64,000 bases of DNA, taken from Eledone cirrhosa (Eukaryota). The notes below the pieces were generated by a model. It saw nothing but the letters and a program-made list of their open reading frames with translations, was not told the origin of the DNA and made no database searches. A program made the translations under genes and the position numbers. Below are positions 47,173-62,352 of the stretch, piece by piece; position 1 is the stretch's first letter; each line of letters opens with the position of its first letter. The stretch is from assembly GCA_964016885.1 (NCBI GenBank), contig OZ024741.1, positions 39,308,001 through 39,372,000 on the forward strand. Reading direction: 5' to 3'.

Positions 47173-47439
47173 TACGGGTTTTGATTGATAGAATAGGTAG
47201 ATTTATAAATAGATATTTCTTTTAAAATATAATTCAAATATTACTGACCCTGGATTCATATAATTATCTCTCCCTCATCGATAAAACAAGGCTGCTGTTA
47301 CAATAAACTCATTCGTCTCCAACTGTATCTTCTAATTACTGAGGTTTATTCAAATGAAGGTACCAATCAAGTATTGGGTTTGATGACACCAAATTTCCCT
47401 CAACCAAAATTTCTACCTCTTGCCTGTATAAATATGACG

Positions 47440-47577
47440 AAGATCATCAACATCATCATCATCACCACCACCACCCTCTTCCTTCCTCTGCTCCGCGTCA
47501 TCGTCATCAACACCATCGACATCATCATCGTTGTCGTCATCATCATCATCGTCATCAACATCATCATCATCATCATT

Positions 47578-47609
<32 letters not shown>

Positions 47610-47972
47610 CACCGCCACCACCACCACCACCATCATCAGCAGCAGCAGCACAGCCACCACCACGATCATCATCATCATCACCACCAACACACCCACCATC
47701 ATCATCATCATCAACACCACCGCCACCACCACAACTATCACCATCATCATCATCATCATCATCATCACCAACACCACCACCACCATTTTCATCAACACCA
47801 CCACCAACACCACAATCACCACCACCACTACAACCATCCTCATTTCCATCATCACCAGCACCACCATCATCATCATCTTGACCACCACCACCACCACCAT
47901 CATCATCAACACCACCATCAACATCACCTCCACCACCACCACCACAATCACCACCACCACCACCACCACCTC
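47440..47972. repeat. (CAT/CAC)n low-complexity tract
   Basis: Direct runs. Confidence 0.9.
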
Positions 47973-48521
47973 ATTCCTCATCATTCTCATGTTTATTCCA
48001 CTAAAACTCCCCAACCCCTTCATTGTTTCTCTTATTACGGTTCTATTGTCATCTAAATTTTCTGTTACCCATTCAGACCCTCTCTTTGTCTTGTCCATAT
48101 ATTTCAGTAATGCTTTTTGTTAGTTTTTTTTTGCGTTTGTTGTTCTTATTGCTTTTATTACCTAAATTGATGTTGTAATTTTCATTACTGTTGTTGCTAA
48201 TGTTATTTTGTATAAATGTTATTTTTGTGATGCTGCTGTTGTAGCTGGTACTGTGTACGCTGCTGTTTCTGTTATTGTAGCCCATGTTACTGCTGTTGAT
48301 GTTCTTAACACGTTTATTATCTTAAACTACCGCCGTAAGCTATTATTCAATGAAAATGTTAAATATCTTCTGGTGGCCATTTTGTTTTCCTTATTTTACT
48401 TCCCGTTTTCTTGATTTTATCTTACTCCATTTTGTTTTTACTATATGCAATATATTTTGTTTGTCTAACTGTTATTTTTAATTCTACTATAATGCAGATT
48501 GTATAACTAAGCTTAAGTCAA

Positions 48522-48579
<58 letters not shown>

Positions 48580-48908
48580 GGAGATCGATAAAATAAGCAC
48601 CAAACATGAAAAAATGTGTACTGATGCCGATGGTTGACTAAATCACAGCGGTGCCCCAGAATGACCGCAGCCAAATGACTCAAACAAGTAAAACAATAAT
48701 CGCATAAAATAAAATAATACTCGGAAATAAATTCAGAAAACAATCTCAGAAAAAGGCATTGTTGCAGAAAGGTTTGCAAAACCAAATAAACGTATCACCA
48801 TATAAAATAGGTAATATATGTAGCAAGTAATTACAGTATAGGAAGAGAGAAAAATTTATTTTAAAATATTGTATCTCATATATTAATATCATGAGATATA
48901 CCGCTATG

Positions 48909-49368
48909 TGCGAAGATCGGCTGACCAAGATATTCTAATGGAATGACTAAATGAGGTTCATTTTTCAACATAGTCTCTGGAGAAAAAAAAATGCAGTTAT
49001 TAATAAGAAGAGTTGAAACAATGCATACAAGATTTCACAGTTCTAGTATCAATCCTTCGTAGGCTGACCAAGATACTCTCATGGAATTATCAAATGAGGT
49101 TCACTTTTCAACATAATCACTGGAAAGAAACAATGCAGTTATTAATAAGAAGAGTTGAAAATAATGCATGCAATATTTCACAGTTCTGGCATCACTCCTT
49201 TATAGGCTGACCATGACACTCTCATGGAATAACCAAATCAGATTCATTTTTCAACATAGACCTTGGAAGGAAACTATGCAGTTATTAATAGGAAGAGTCA
49301 AAAATAATGCATGCAAGATGTCACAGGGCTAACATCACTCCTTCATAATCAGCCTATGAACTTTTCAG
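48909..49368. mobile_element. Mariner-type MITE with the internal unit (about 143 bp) triplicated
   Basis: gctgacca.ga.a.tct.atggaat starts at 48920, 49063 and 49206; ends cagcctatgaacttttcag. Confidence 0.85.
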
Positions 49369-49440
49369 ATGTTCCATAGCTTGTATATTGATTTTGTTGA
49401 TGTTAAAGTGTACTTAATGTGCTTTATTAGAGGTGGTATT

Positions 49441-49820
49441 AATAATTGTTTCTACATTTGGCACCAGGCTAGCAGTTTACAGGGAAGTGTTGATTGGATT
49501 GACACCAGTGAGTTTCTGGTACATTATTTTATCGACCCCTTAAGGATGAAAGGCAAAGCTAACCTCAGCGGGATTTGATCTCAGAACCTAAGGGGACGTA
49601 ATTCTATTCCGCAACCAAGTCGAATGCTCAATAGATAAGGACAAAATGTGGTATCAATAATTTTTTCTGCCTTATGCCCAAGGCCAGCAATTTTGGGGAA
49701 GGAGAAAGTCGATTATATCGACACCAGTGAGTTTCTGTTACATTATTTTATAGACCCCGGAAGATGAAAGGCAAAGCTAATCTCGGCGAGATTTGAACTC
49801 AGAAAAACAAAGGGCCGTAA
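49441..49820 (-). mobile_element. Two tandem SINE family 1 copies, diverged
   Basis: Family core and tail twice. Confidence 0.8.
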
Positions 49821-50109
49821 GGTGGTATTACGAATAAATGTAGTAGTGTTTTTTTTTATTGGAGTTAGTGATGATACTCATTGTGGTATTAGTGCTGTAA
49901 GTTGTATTAGTAATGTGTAAGTGGTGTTGTTATGACATTCGTTTGAGGTTTTACACTAGGGGCGGTGTAATTGATAGTATTGCTGATGTATTTCAGTGGT
50001 GGAAAAAGTGTTGTTCTTAGAGGTGATACAAGTGGTAGTATTAAAGGAGTTGTTAATTGTGATTTTAGTGGTGTTGTCAGTAGTGCTGTTGTCAGTTGAG
50101 TTATGAGAA

Positions 50110-52310
50110 AGTAGTGGTGTTGTTAGTGGTGGTGTTAGTGGTGGTGTTAGTGGTGTTGTTAGTGGTGATGTTAGTGTTGGTGTCAGTAATATTGTTAGTG
50201 GTGGTGTTAATGGTGCTGTTATTAATGATGTTAGTGGTGGTGTTAGTGGTAGAGGTCTTAGTAATGATGTTAGTGGTGGTATTAGTGATGGTGTTAGTGG
50301 TGGTGGTGTTAGTGGTGGTGTTAGTAATGATATTAGTGGTGGTGTTAGTGGTGGTGTTAGTGGTGGTGTTAGTGGTGGTGTTAGTGGTGGTGTCAGTGGT
50401 GGTGTTAGTGGTGGTGTTAGTGTTGGTGTTAGTGGTGGTGTCAGTGGTGGTGTTAGTGGTGGTGTTAGTGTTGGTGTCAGTGGTGGTGTTAGTGGTGGTG
50501 TTAGTGGTGGTGTCAGTGGTGGTGTTAGTGGTGGTGTTAGTGTTGGTGTTAGTGGTGGTGTTACTGGTGGTGTTAGTGGTAGTGTCAATGGTGGGGGTCA
50601 GTGGTGGTGTTAGTGGTGGAGTCAGTGGTGGTGTTAGTGGTGGTGTCAGTGGTGGTGTTAGTGGTGGAGTTAGTGGTGGTGTTAGTGGTGGTGTCAGTGG
50701 TGGAGTTAGTGGTGGTGTTAGTGGTGGTGTTAGTGGTGGTGTCAGTGGTGGAGTTAGTGGTGGTGTTAGTGGTGGTGTTAGTGGTGGTGTTAGTGGTGGT
50801 GTCAGTGGTGGTGTTAGTGGTGGTGTTAGTGGTGGTGTCAGCGGTGGGGGTCAGTGGTGGTGTCAGTGGTGGTGTTACTGGTGGTGTTAGTGGTGGTGTT
50901 AGTGGTGGTGTCAGCGGTGGGGGTCAGTGGTGGTGTCAGTGGTGGTGTTACTGGTGGTGTTAGTGGTGGTGTTAGTGGTGGTGTCAGCGGTGGGGGTCAG
51001 TGGTGGAGTCAGTGGTGGTGTCAGTGGTGGTTTTAGTGGTGGTGTTAGTGGTGGTGTCAATTGTGGTGTCAGTGGTGGAGTCAATGGTGGTGTTAGTGGT
51101 GGTGTTAGTGGTGGAGTCAGTGGTGGTGTTAGTGGTGGTGTCAGTGGTGGTGTTAGTGGTGGAGTTAGTGGTGGTGTTAGTGGTGGTGTCAGTGGTGGAG
51201 TTAGTGGTGGTGTCAGTGGTGGTGTTAGTGGTGGTGTTAGTGGTCGTGTCAGTGGTGGTGTTAGTGGTGGTGTTAGTGGTGGTGTCAGTGGTGGTGTTAG
51301 TGGTGGTGTTAGTGGTGGTGTCAGTGGTGGTGTCAGTGGTCGTGTTAGTGGTGGTGTTACTGGTGGTGTTAGTGGTGGTGTCAGTGGTGGTGTCAGTGGT
51401 GGTGTTAGTGGTGGTGTTACTGGTGGTGTTACTGGTGGTGTTAGTGGTCGTGTCAGTGGTGGTGTCAGTGGTGGTATTAGTGGTGGTGTCAGTGGTGGTA
51501 TCAATGGTGGTGTCAGTGGTGGTGTTAGTGGTGGTGTTAGTGGTGGTGTCAGTGGTGGTGTCAGTGGTGGTGTTAGTGGTGGAGTAAGTGGTGGTGTTAG
51601 TGGTGGTGTCAGTGGTGGTGTCAGTGGTGGTGTTAGTGGTGGTGTTAGTGGTGGTGTCAGTGGTGGTGTTAGTGGTGGAGTAAGTGGTGGTGTCAGTGGT
51701 GGTGTCAGTGGTGGTGTTAATGGTGGTGTTAGTGGTGGTGTTAGTGGTGGTGTTAGTGGTGGAGTAAGTGGTGGTGTTAGTGGTGGAGTAAGTGGTGGTG
51801 TTAGTGGTGGTGTCAGTGGTGGTGTCAGTGGTGGTGTTAGTGTTGGTGTCAGTGGTGGTGTCAGTGGTGGTGTTAATGGTGGGGGTCAGTGGTGGTGTCA
51901 GTGGTGGTGTTAGTGGTGGAGTAAGTGGTGGTGTTAGTGGTGGTGTCAGTGGTGGTGTTAGTGGTGGTGTCAGTGGTGGTGTCAGTGGTGGTGTTAGTGG
52001 TGGTGTTAGTGGTGGTGTCAGTGGTGGTGTCAGTGGTGGTGTTAGTGGTGGAGTAAGTGGTGGTGTTAGTGGTGGTGTCAGTGGTGGTGTCAGTGGTGGA
52101 GTAAGTGTTGGTGTTAGTGGTGGTGTCAGTGGTGGTGTCAGTGGTGGTGTTAGTGGTGGAGTAAGTGGTGGTGTCAGTGGTGGTGTTAGTGGTGGTGTCA
52201 GTGGTGGTGTTAGTGGTGGGGGGCAGTGGTGGTGTTAGTGGTGGTGTTAGTGGTGGGGGTCAGTGGTGGTGTCAGTGGTGGTATCAATGGTGGGGGTCAG
52301 TGGTGGTGTT
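50110..52310. repeat. 12-bp minisatellite (GTGGTGGTGTYA)n, about 180 copies
   Basis: Direct tandem; 73-bp higher-order unit marked by gcggtgggggtca at 50841, 50914 and 50987. Confidence 0.97.
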
Positions 52311-52732
52311 AGAGGTGACAGATATCAATGTCGTGTTAGAGGTGGTAGGTTCCATTAATGTTGTTGTGTCGTATGTCTATTGGCTCTACCAACCGTCATT
52401 TCAACTGATTTAACTCCCTTCTTCTATTTTAATGGACGCCGACATGTCTTGATTGGATTAACGTTGCATTAATCACTATTTTAGTGCAACGGTTATTGTT
52501 AAAGGTGGGTCTCCATGCAAGTGCTGTGCATCCTTTAAATCAGTGTGTTGCTGTTGGTTGATGACGGTGATGACCACCCACGCCATCACAACACCACCAC
52601 CACCACCACCTCCCACCACCACCACCACCACCGCCGACAACACCGTCAACAGCAGCAATAACAACAATAACAAGAATGCATTGACGCAATCGTTTAGAGT
52701 GACCGAGAATTCAATTCTGTGACAGAAGTTCG

Positions 52733-53672
<940 letters not shown>

Positions 53673-53872
53673 ATTGTTTCTCTTAATGGCTACATTCAGC
53701 CCCTCAATAGTTTGCCCCTTTGGCAAATATACACACCAACATTATTATGAAATAATTAAATCATATTTTTATTGTGGTTGCTGTTATTATTGCTGTTGTC
53801 GTTGTTGACTTTGTTGTTGTAGTTTTCGTCATTGTTGATGTCGTTGTTGCTGTTATTATTGCTGTTGGACTA

Positions 53873-54040
53873 GGGCGGTGGGTTGGCAGTGTCGGTAGAG
53901 CGTCGGACGCCATGCTTTGACTTTCTGAGTTCAAATCCCGCCGAGGTTAACTTTGCCTTTGATCCTTACGGGGTCGATAAAATAAAGTACCAGTAATGTA
54001 CTGGGTTTTGCTGGCCTTGTGCCAAAAGTAGAAACAATTA
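53873..54040 (+). mobile_element. SINE family 1 with internal deletion
   Basis: Family consensus. Confidence 0.88.
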
Positions 54041-55432
54041 CTGCTGTTGTCTCTGCTGACATTGTTATTGTAGTAGTTTCCGTCATCGTTGTTATCGTCA
54101 TTGACATTGTCATCATGCAATAACTGACCACTCACAACGGCCATCTTTAACAATATCACTGTTTATGAGTTGAATTAGTCACTTGGAATAATATTTAGAG
54201 GAGAAAGTTAATTACATTTTTACTGCCCTTCTTTTGTTCACATACTTCTTTCTTTCTCTCTTTCACGCCAATCCTTCTGTCGCTCGTTCTGTTTTTCTTC
54301 ACTTGTTTACTCACCTTGATTCTTCTCTTTCTTGTCTTCTCTCTCTCTTGTTTGCCTTTAGTTTTGTATTTATTTATGTAATTCGTTCTCTATTGGTTTC
54401 TTTTCGTCTTTGTTCATTTTCACTTTCTTTCATTCATTTTCTCTTTCTTTCCTTCTTTCTTTCCCTTTGTTTTGTTGTATTCGCCTCTCTTTCCTTCATT
54501 TTTCTTTCCGATTCATTCTTAGTTTCTTTACTTCATTCTTTTCCTTTCTTTTCTTTTTGTCATTCAATTTATCCATCTCCCTTTTTCTGTTCTTTTATTT
54601 TCTTTTTCTCTCTCATTCTGCATATATTCTTTCCATCTTTAAATTGTACTTTATTTTTCTTCCTTCACCCTATTTATCTCCCCTTGTTTCTCTATTGCCT
54701 TCAAAACATTAGTCACGTTTCCTTTCCCTTTTTTCATCTTAATCATTCATTCTTTGTTTTTATTTTTGTTTACTTCTATTTTTTTTAAAAAAAATATAGA
54801 TATGTAAAATAAGATTTTAAATTGTCCCAGAAGACAAAACACGACTATTTCTTCAAATTGCAGATATAGTCAAAAGAAAAGGAAAAAATAAATGTCTTCC
54901 TGTCAGTTCCCTATTCAGAAGGATATTAAATGCTTGCTTTAATTGTGTTCGGTTTATTTATATATATATTTCCGATGTTACCAAATAAACCAGTCGAAGA
55001 ATTGACTCTGATTTGAAATCATGCCGAGATCAACTTAGCCTTTCATAATTTCGGGGTCGATAAAATAAAGTACCAATTCACTGTGGTGAAGTGTTGGAAT
55101 TGTACGACTCTCAGACGAAATACCTTTTGGTGTTTGTTCCGGCTATTTGCTTTCTGAGTTAAAATGCTGTTGTGGCCTACATAAGTGATAGACTTCATCA
55201 TTTGGTCAATTTAACACCAGCAACTGACCTCTGGTTTCACTATGTTGCATATATTTAGGAACTGAAAATAGTCATAGACAATGATTATCCTTTCTATATT
55301 AAACAGTAAGATATTAATTGGACACTGGTACGTTCATAGTGTTTTCGGTTTTTTGTTTTTTGTTTTTTGTTTTTTGTTTTCGGCCGGGACCACCAGGTGG
55401 ACTACTTACCAGGGCAGGAGGGGTTAATTATG

Positions 55433-55523
<91 letters not shown>

Positions 55524-55956
55524 ACACACACGCCCACACCCACACTCACATACAACTATATATAGCCTTCTTATGGAATTACAAATATTTTCTTTATGTT
55601 TATGTAGTGTATTGGAGGTCGAATTTAACTTACTATAAAGTGTAAGTATGGAATGATATCTGTGACACAAACGAGATAGCAAATAGACGGATTAACACAT
55701 CAATTTATCTTGTATATAATTTTGATGCTTGAATGTATCGTAGAACCTTTTTCTGTTTTGGGGGGTTACTGGTGTCAAAGCGTGTTTCTGTAGAGATCAT
55801 ACTTACTCCTGTATACAGTCCTTAAAGATAACCTCTGACTCCCTCATAGATATAATCACACACATAAACTCACATACACACACACGTACACATGCAACAA
55901 CCCCGTAGCTTCCATGTAGTGTGCCGTTTGTTTTGTTATTTTTATTTCTGTTTACC

Positions 55957-56047
<91 letters not shown>

Positions 56048-56137
56048 CAGTGAAACGCGCACGCGAAGAGCGAACATTCAGTGACAGTATTTGTAAATAT
56101 TTCATTAATAACCTATATATGCAATTAAACGCACATA

Positions 56138-56224
<87 letters not shown>

Positions 56225-56356
56225 GCACACACACACACACACACACACGCGCACACACACAAGCACACACACACACACACACTCACACAAACACACACAC
56301 AGACGATCACAAATACAAACACAGATATATATTTATATATATATACATATATACTC

Positions 56357-56403
<47 letters not shown>

Positions 56404-56440
56404 ATATTAATAAATGGAAACTATATTTATAAAACATATT

Positions 56441-56506
56441 TATTTTATTATACATATTTCAAGGGCAACCAAGGCAAATTATGGTGCGCTTTCATCAGAT
56501 AAAATA
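56441..56506 (-). ncRNA. Type I hammerhead ribozyme at the PLE 3' terminus
   Basis: Reverse complement tattttat CTGATGA aagcgcaccataatttgccttggttgccctt GAAA t atgt a TA ataaaata; perfect 8-bp stem I. Confidence 0.88.
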
Positions 56507-57029
56507 CAGATTTCTTTTATAAATAAATATTGACATATCCGGGAAAAAGACACCCTTAACGGTTGGAGCTTCCTGTATAGTGGAGATAATACTTTATTGA
56601 GGGTAATACAAAGTTATGAGTGAGTATGCAAATGAGTGTCCGAAAGGTTGAAAAGATAACGGTTTATTTAAATTAAACTGTTGGAAGAAGATGATATGTA
56701 AGGGAGAGAGAAAAAAGAAAAAAAGAAAGGAGAAAGAGAGACGAGGAACGAAAGAACGATTATACATATTGATAGTGAAGATAGAGTGAATGAAGAAATA
56801 AGTTTCAATGGAGAAATGTACACAGCGTAAATATATCTAAGTGAAAGAAGAAGTGAGAGAAGAAATACAATTAACGTGGAAGAATAATATTTATAATGTA
56901 GGGTTCATTACGTTGTGATTATCATATTTATAATGATAGGTTGAAAAATTAGATTAAAATTAAAAATTAGAAATCAAAATTAAAGATTAAAATTTGCCTT
57001 AATGTTAATTTAATAATTTAATATTAATA

Positions 57030-57195
57030 TTAAAAATTAAAAATTAAAAATTAAAAATTGAAAATTAAAAATTAAAAATTAAAAATTAAAAATTAAAAAT
57101 TAAAAATTAAAAATTAAAAATTAAAAATTAAAAATTAAAAATTTTAAAAATAAAGATTAAAAATAAAAAATTAAAAATTAAAATTAAAATTAAAA
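57030..57195. repeat. (TTAAAAA)n heptamer tract in the PLE 3' region; a 60-80 bp repeat also lies at 57545-57720
   Basis: Direct runs. Confidence 0.9.
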
Positions 57196-58074
57196 CAGAA
57201 GTATTTATATTATATTAAGATGTATTAGTAATAATATATTGGTTTAGATGTGTATGTTAAGGATTATAAATTATTTAAATAAATATATAGTATTTTACAT
57301 TAGAGAAAATCTAGTATAGATTATTTTATTAAAGTAAGTTTGACAAAATTATATTTATTAATAGTTGTAAGTCAAAATTTAAACAGCCAAATAATTCTAA
57401 ATTTATGAAAAATTTACGAGACTTTACAAAGGAATAACTACTTAATTATATTATAAAAACAGTAAGGAAGTGTAAAGGGAGTTAGAAGTGATTTTTTAAG
57501 ATCTCAAATGACTCCAACGATTAAATGTTATAAAGTTAAAAATGTTATCTTAAGAATATAATTAAAACACAAACCATATGTTATTTTATACGAAGTCATA
57601 AATTTATCTTAAGAATATAATTAAAACATAAACCATAGGTTATTTTATAAGAAGTCATACTTGCTATAAAGTAAAAAAAAAAATTTATCTTAAGAATATA
57701 GTTAAAACATATAGGTTATTCCACATATATATAAAAAGAACTATATATAAAAATCATAGGTTATTCCATTTGGATACATATATTAAAAACGTTTGAAGAT
57801 ATAAAAATATTGGAAGATATGAAAATAATGGTTTTTCTATATCTTTCAAAGGAACTTTCAAAGAATTTTCTAAAACCTTCCGTAAGTTTTTCAATAAAAT
57901 TTTTTCTTAAAAGAGTTTCAAGCAGTCATATAAAAAAAAGTTTATAATCTATTGATAGGTGTAATAATATAAAGTATATATGAGGTAGAGATAATAGAAA
58001 GTAAATTAAATATATATGAATCATATATAGATATAGAAAACATTATGTAAAGGAGATTAACCTATATTACATTT

Positions 58075-59490
58075 TATATATATATTTAAAAGTTGAGTTT
58101 AAACGATGTTTACAAGAACTAAATAAATTATTTCGCAAATTAATAGAGTTCTTACTTTTTAGTATAAAGAATATTTCTTCAACGCAAAGTGAGCAAGTTT
58201 TGGATAGAGCAGTGTATGAAGGAGCTTTGACGATAATTTTCCAAAATAAAGAAAATATTCTAGTTAATATTCTTGGATGTTATGTTCCATAATAAGTTAG
58301 ATAGAGAAGTTGAAGATTTTTTTTACCAATATTCGTAAAGGAACATTTATGGTTATTAAAACGAGATTTGAAATTGTGGAAGTAGAGCCGACATAGTTAA
58401 AGGAGTTTTCATTTGTTTTGACATTACAATTGTATACTATATTTTTAACTAAACAGTTATTATTTAGAGGACAGTTAGATTTATTTCTACAATTACATTT
58501 ATCTGAATTTATATTATTGGGAGCCGTAAAATTATATTGGATATTGCTAGAGGTATTAATGCTATTCTGGTTAGGTTTTAAGTTTCTATTATTAATTCTA
58601 TTAATAGTCTGCGCTAAATTCATAGTGGTGGAATATGAGAGTTTAATAGTATGTCTATTAAAGATTGAGTAATATCTGTGTGTCTTAGGAAAGCACGTAC
58701 CTAGAGCTTTAAAAAATAATTTAGCTATAGGAGTTTTAATACTTAATGAGAAAGGGGGAGCGAACCATAATTTATTTCTAGTTCTATTTTTTCTTTTGAT
58801 TTTCGAGCTAGTGCAAGGTTTCCTATTATAATTATATTTATAGTTATGGTTAATTGGCACATCCTTATTGTCAATATCATTACTATAGCCTGCTCTACCT
58901 AACGCTTCATTATAATATTGTGCCTTAACTTCAAATATATTTTTATTCGCTGAAATTCTAGAAATACGTTGCTGCACAGAATTTACAATAGTGTTTTTAA
59001 CGGATCTGGGGTGATTGGAATTAAAGTTAACATAGTTTAAATTCACATTGATTTTATGAAATGGATAATAAAGACCAGTATTAAGGTTTAAAGTTACATC
59101 TAAAAAATTAACTATTTTATAATTATTCTCTACTTCTACTTTAAGATTAACGCTATTAAAAAATTGTATAATTACTTTTCTTTTCCTATTTATTTCACAA
59201 TTATTATTATTTTCAATAAGCAATAGCATATCGTCACGATATAAACCACCAGTCATCTGTGGTATGTTCCTATGTACAGTATTGTTAATAAAAAGCCCCA
59301 CAAGATCCGTTAATTGCGCCGAGTCCGATGACCCCATAGTGATATCGAAATTGTTATCCCTATCTGCTCTAGTCCAAAGGTGGTTGCTAAATTTAATTAA
59401 TGTTTTACGTGCAGTTAAGATAATGTGCATTTCATTGTTAGTTAAATCTGTATATTTAAATGCATATGTAAGGGCTTTATTAAGTAGATT
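58075..59490 (-). pseudogene. PLE RT/GIY-YIG coding remnant
   Basis: Beyond the listed ORF, frameshifted sequence reads FKSRFNNHKCSF, WKIIVKAPSY, CSLCVEE and CKHR; upstream it reads LLNKALTYAFKY. Confidence 0.88.
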
Positions 59491-59533
59491 TTAAGCTTGT
59501 TAAATCCCAACACATTAAATATAACCTCTACAC

Positions 59534-59564
<31 letters not shown>

Positions 59565-60143
59565 AGTGTGTGTGTGTGTATGTGTGTGTATACGCACACA
59601 TACACAGACTGTCAAATTATACGTACATTATACACACACACGTATAAATACTGATACACGCAATCCAACAGATAGGAATAACTTCCTAGTTAACTTACAT
59701 CCTTTTTTCCTTAATTTTTTCCCTTCATCTTGCACCCACAACAACTCAAGGGCCGTGGGGATGGAAGAAGCCTTAGGATTTACCCCTGCCTCTACCTTCG
59801 ATGTTTTACTGTTTGTGCGAGTTTTAGTAAATATATTTTGCAGACATTCACCTGTGATTTAAAAGATATTTTTCTCGAGACCGCCTTCAACCCTTTCATG
59901 TCAGCTGAGAGTTATTTGAAGAGTGGCGGCTCTTTGAACACAGCACCAGCACTAGCCCACCACTACTACCACCATCACCACCACCACCACCAATACCAAT
60001 ATCACAACCATCACCACCACCACCACTACCAATAACAACAACAACAACACCAACAACAACACAACCACAACCACCAATACCATATCACAACCATCACCAA
60101 CACAACCACAACCAGCGCTACCACCACCACCACAAGCGCACCG

Positions 60144-60241
<98 letters not shown>

Positions 60242-60804
60242 GATTATGAAACTGATGCTACTATAACTACTACTCCTTCTACCCTCAACTTCCTCAAATA
60301 TCACTTAAAGAATTTGATAAGGGTTTCACCAGAGAGCAAGATTCCTCTTCTCAAACCTTACAGCTTCTTTCAATATAGCTATCACATAAAGAACTCTCCA
60401 GGCTTCCTTTCTAAACGAAGGTGGCCGGATTGTTTCTAAACCTCAGATCAGTTGTTCGACACAAGTCTACAATTTTGCAATGCACTAATACTCTGTGTTA
60501 ACGGGCAAGACATTTCCTCGTCATGCGTGTATCTCTGACAGGTTCAATTGTTTCATTCCAATGACTGTAGATCTTGTCTCGAACTAGTCGTGACACATTA
60601 CGATACAGGCTTGCCAATGATCTTTGGAAATTGTCCATAATTCCCCAACCTGAAAATCCTCTTGAAGTGTGTTTGCTGACTGTCTTCATCGATACCCGAG
60701 GCAAAGGGCTTTTATCTTTTTTCCTGCATGAACATCCTGAATTTATATCAGGTTCTCCCATGAAGACAAAACATAGCATATAAAAAAGAATCTGATGTAA
60801 ACCC

Positions 60805-61075
60805 AGGATGTTCAGGCGGGAACAACAATGAATGCCCTTTGCAGCTAAAATGAATGTTAGATTGGTCGTATATGAAGCTACCATCACACCAGTTACAACC
60901 AATTATACAGCGAAAAGAGAATGACGTGTGTAAGATACAGGACAGGTTTAAACAACGATACTATTCACATATCATGTCTTTTAAACACCAGGAGTTGAGG
61001 GCACTGGTAAATTGTGTAAGGGAACTGAAAGAAAAAGGTCTACCATACACAACTAAATAGAACATTCCTGGATAA
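60805..61075 (+). mobile_element. Decayed PLE GIY-YIG fragment
   Basis: ECPL, VVYEATIT and RFKQRYYSHIMSFKH..ELKEKG.PY resemble the domain at 58075-58500. Confidence 0.65.
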
Positions 61076-61308
61076 GTCATGCACTTACATATGTGTGTGT
61101 CTGTGTGTTTGTTTATGATTATGTCGGCGTGTATGTGTGTATAGTTGAAAGTGGAAATATGTCCATCAAAACAAGATACAAGAAAGACAAATGACAGTTG
61201 TGATAGATGAAACAGAAGAGAGGTCGAAAGATGAAAGGAGAAGAGGATTATGTTTATTCCAGGATGTTTACTCTAGAAAGTTTCCAAACAACAACAACAA
61301 TAATAATA

Positions 61309-61682
61309 TAATTGTTTCTAGTATAGGCACAAGGCCAGCAATTTGAAGGGGAGGGGACGTCGATTGAATCGAACTCAGTGCATTACTGGTGCTTTATTTT
61401 ATTGAACCCGTAATGATGAAAGGCAAAGCTAAACTCGGCGGGATTTGAACTCAGAATATAAAGGGCCATAACTCTATGCTGAAAAGCATGGTGCCTGACG
61501 CTCTACCGATACTGCCAATCTACCGCAATTTTAATAATTGTTTCTACTTTTGGCACAAGGCCAGCAATTACCCAGTACATTACTGGTACTTTATTTTATC
61601 GACCCCGAAACGCAGTCCGTAAAGGGACATATCTGTGCTGCAAAGCATGGCGTCCGACCCTCTACCGATACTGCCAATCCAT
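61309..61682 (-). mobile_element. Two tandem SINE family 1 copies
   Basis: 61309-61525 is full length; 61533-61682 is internally deleted. Confidence 0.88.
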
Positions 61683-62212
61683 CACCCCAGGATGATGATG
61701 TTGATAATAGGTAATCTTTGAATATTTCATTGTAGAATGATTTCAACAAGTATTTTTACATTTCTTTATTTTAATTTTTTTTTGCGATTATTCCAGATAT
61801 TAGTTCCTCTTCAACTCTACCTGAAATATTTCATATTTTCTAGAGAAACAAAAATATCAATAAAAATTATGGGTGGATTGAGAAGAGGTCTAACTCTACA
61901 TTCTCGACAGGACAGCATATTTCAGTTACCTCACGCAAACAAGATGGCGAAGATTTGTTCAGTGAGAACAGAGAGTGATACACGCTGCGTCATTCATACC
62001 CAGTTTTTCATGTGTTATATTATATCTTGTGTTAATTACTGTGTTTTATAATTATGTTATACCTATTTCATGTTTTATCAAATTGTAATCCGAGTATTGT
62101 ATAACATCCTAGCCCCTACCACCCATTTTATATAACTTCGTTTGTCCAACTTCACATGTATAGTAACCCCTATGTTTATAACATTTATCATATTATATTT
62201 GTTAGTTAATGG

Positions 62213-62352
62213 TGGTGGATTGGCACTATCAGTAGAGCGTCGGACAACATGCTTAGTGGCATAGAGTTTCGGCCCTTTGCCTTCTGAGTTCAATCCCACC
62301 GAGGTTAGTTTTGCCTTTCATCCTTACGGCGTCGATAAAATAAAGAACCAGT
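62213..62352 (+). mobile_element. SINE family 1, 3'-truncated
   Basis: Family head and core. Confidence 0.85.

Larger units (their letters stand above)
56399..59492 (-). mobile_element. 5'-truncated Penelope-like retroelement (YRDD type, tentatively Nematis-like): RT, GIY-YIG, AT-rich 3' region of about 1.7 kb, terminal hammerhead
   Basis: ORF 58297-59430 has FDITMGSSDSAQLTDLVGL, GLYRDD, VNFLDVTLNL, SNHP, WFAPPFS, KLSYS and CNCRNKSNCPLNNNCLVKNIVY..YVGST; flanked by TA-rich microsatellites. Confidence 0.92.

Noticed and set aside
50110-52310. Telomeric repeat
   Set aside because: The unit is not TTAGGG and is internal and heterogeneous.
49956-52413. Gly-rich (GGVS)n or Pro-rich (TPPL)n structural protein
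   Set aside because: Frequent 1-nt frame shifts, no signal peptide or splice context; explained by the 12-bp repeat.
56455-56498. SECIS element (AUGA...AA...UGA on the minus strand)
   Set aside because: The motif is the hammerhead core and stem II; the related copy at 27944 lacks the 3' UGA, and the adjacent ORF shows no in-frame TGA pattern.
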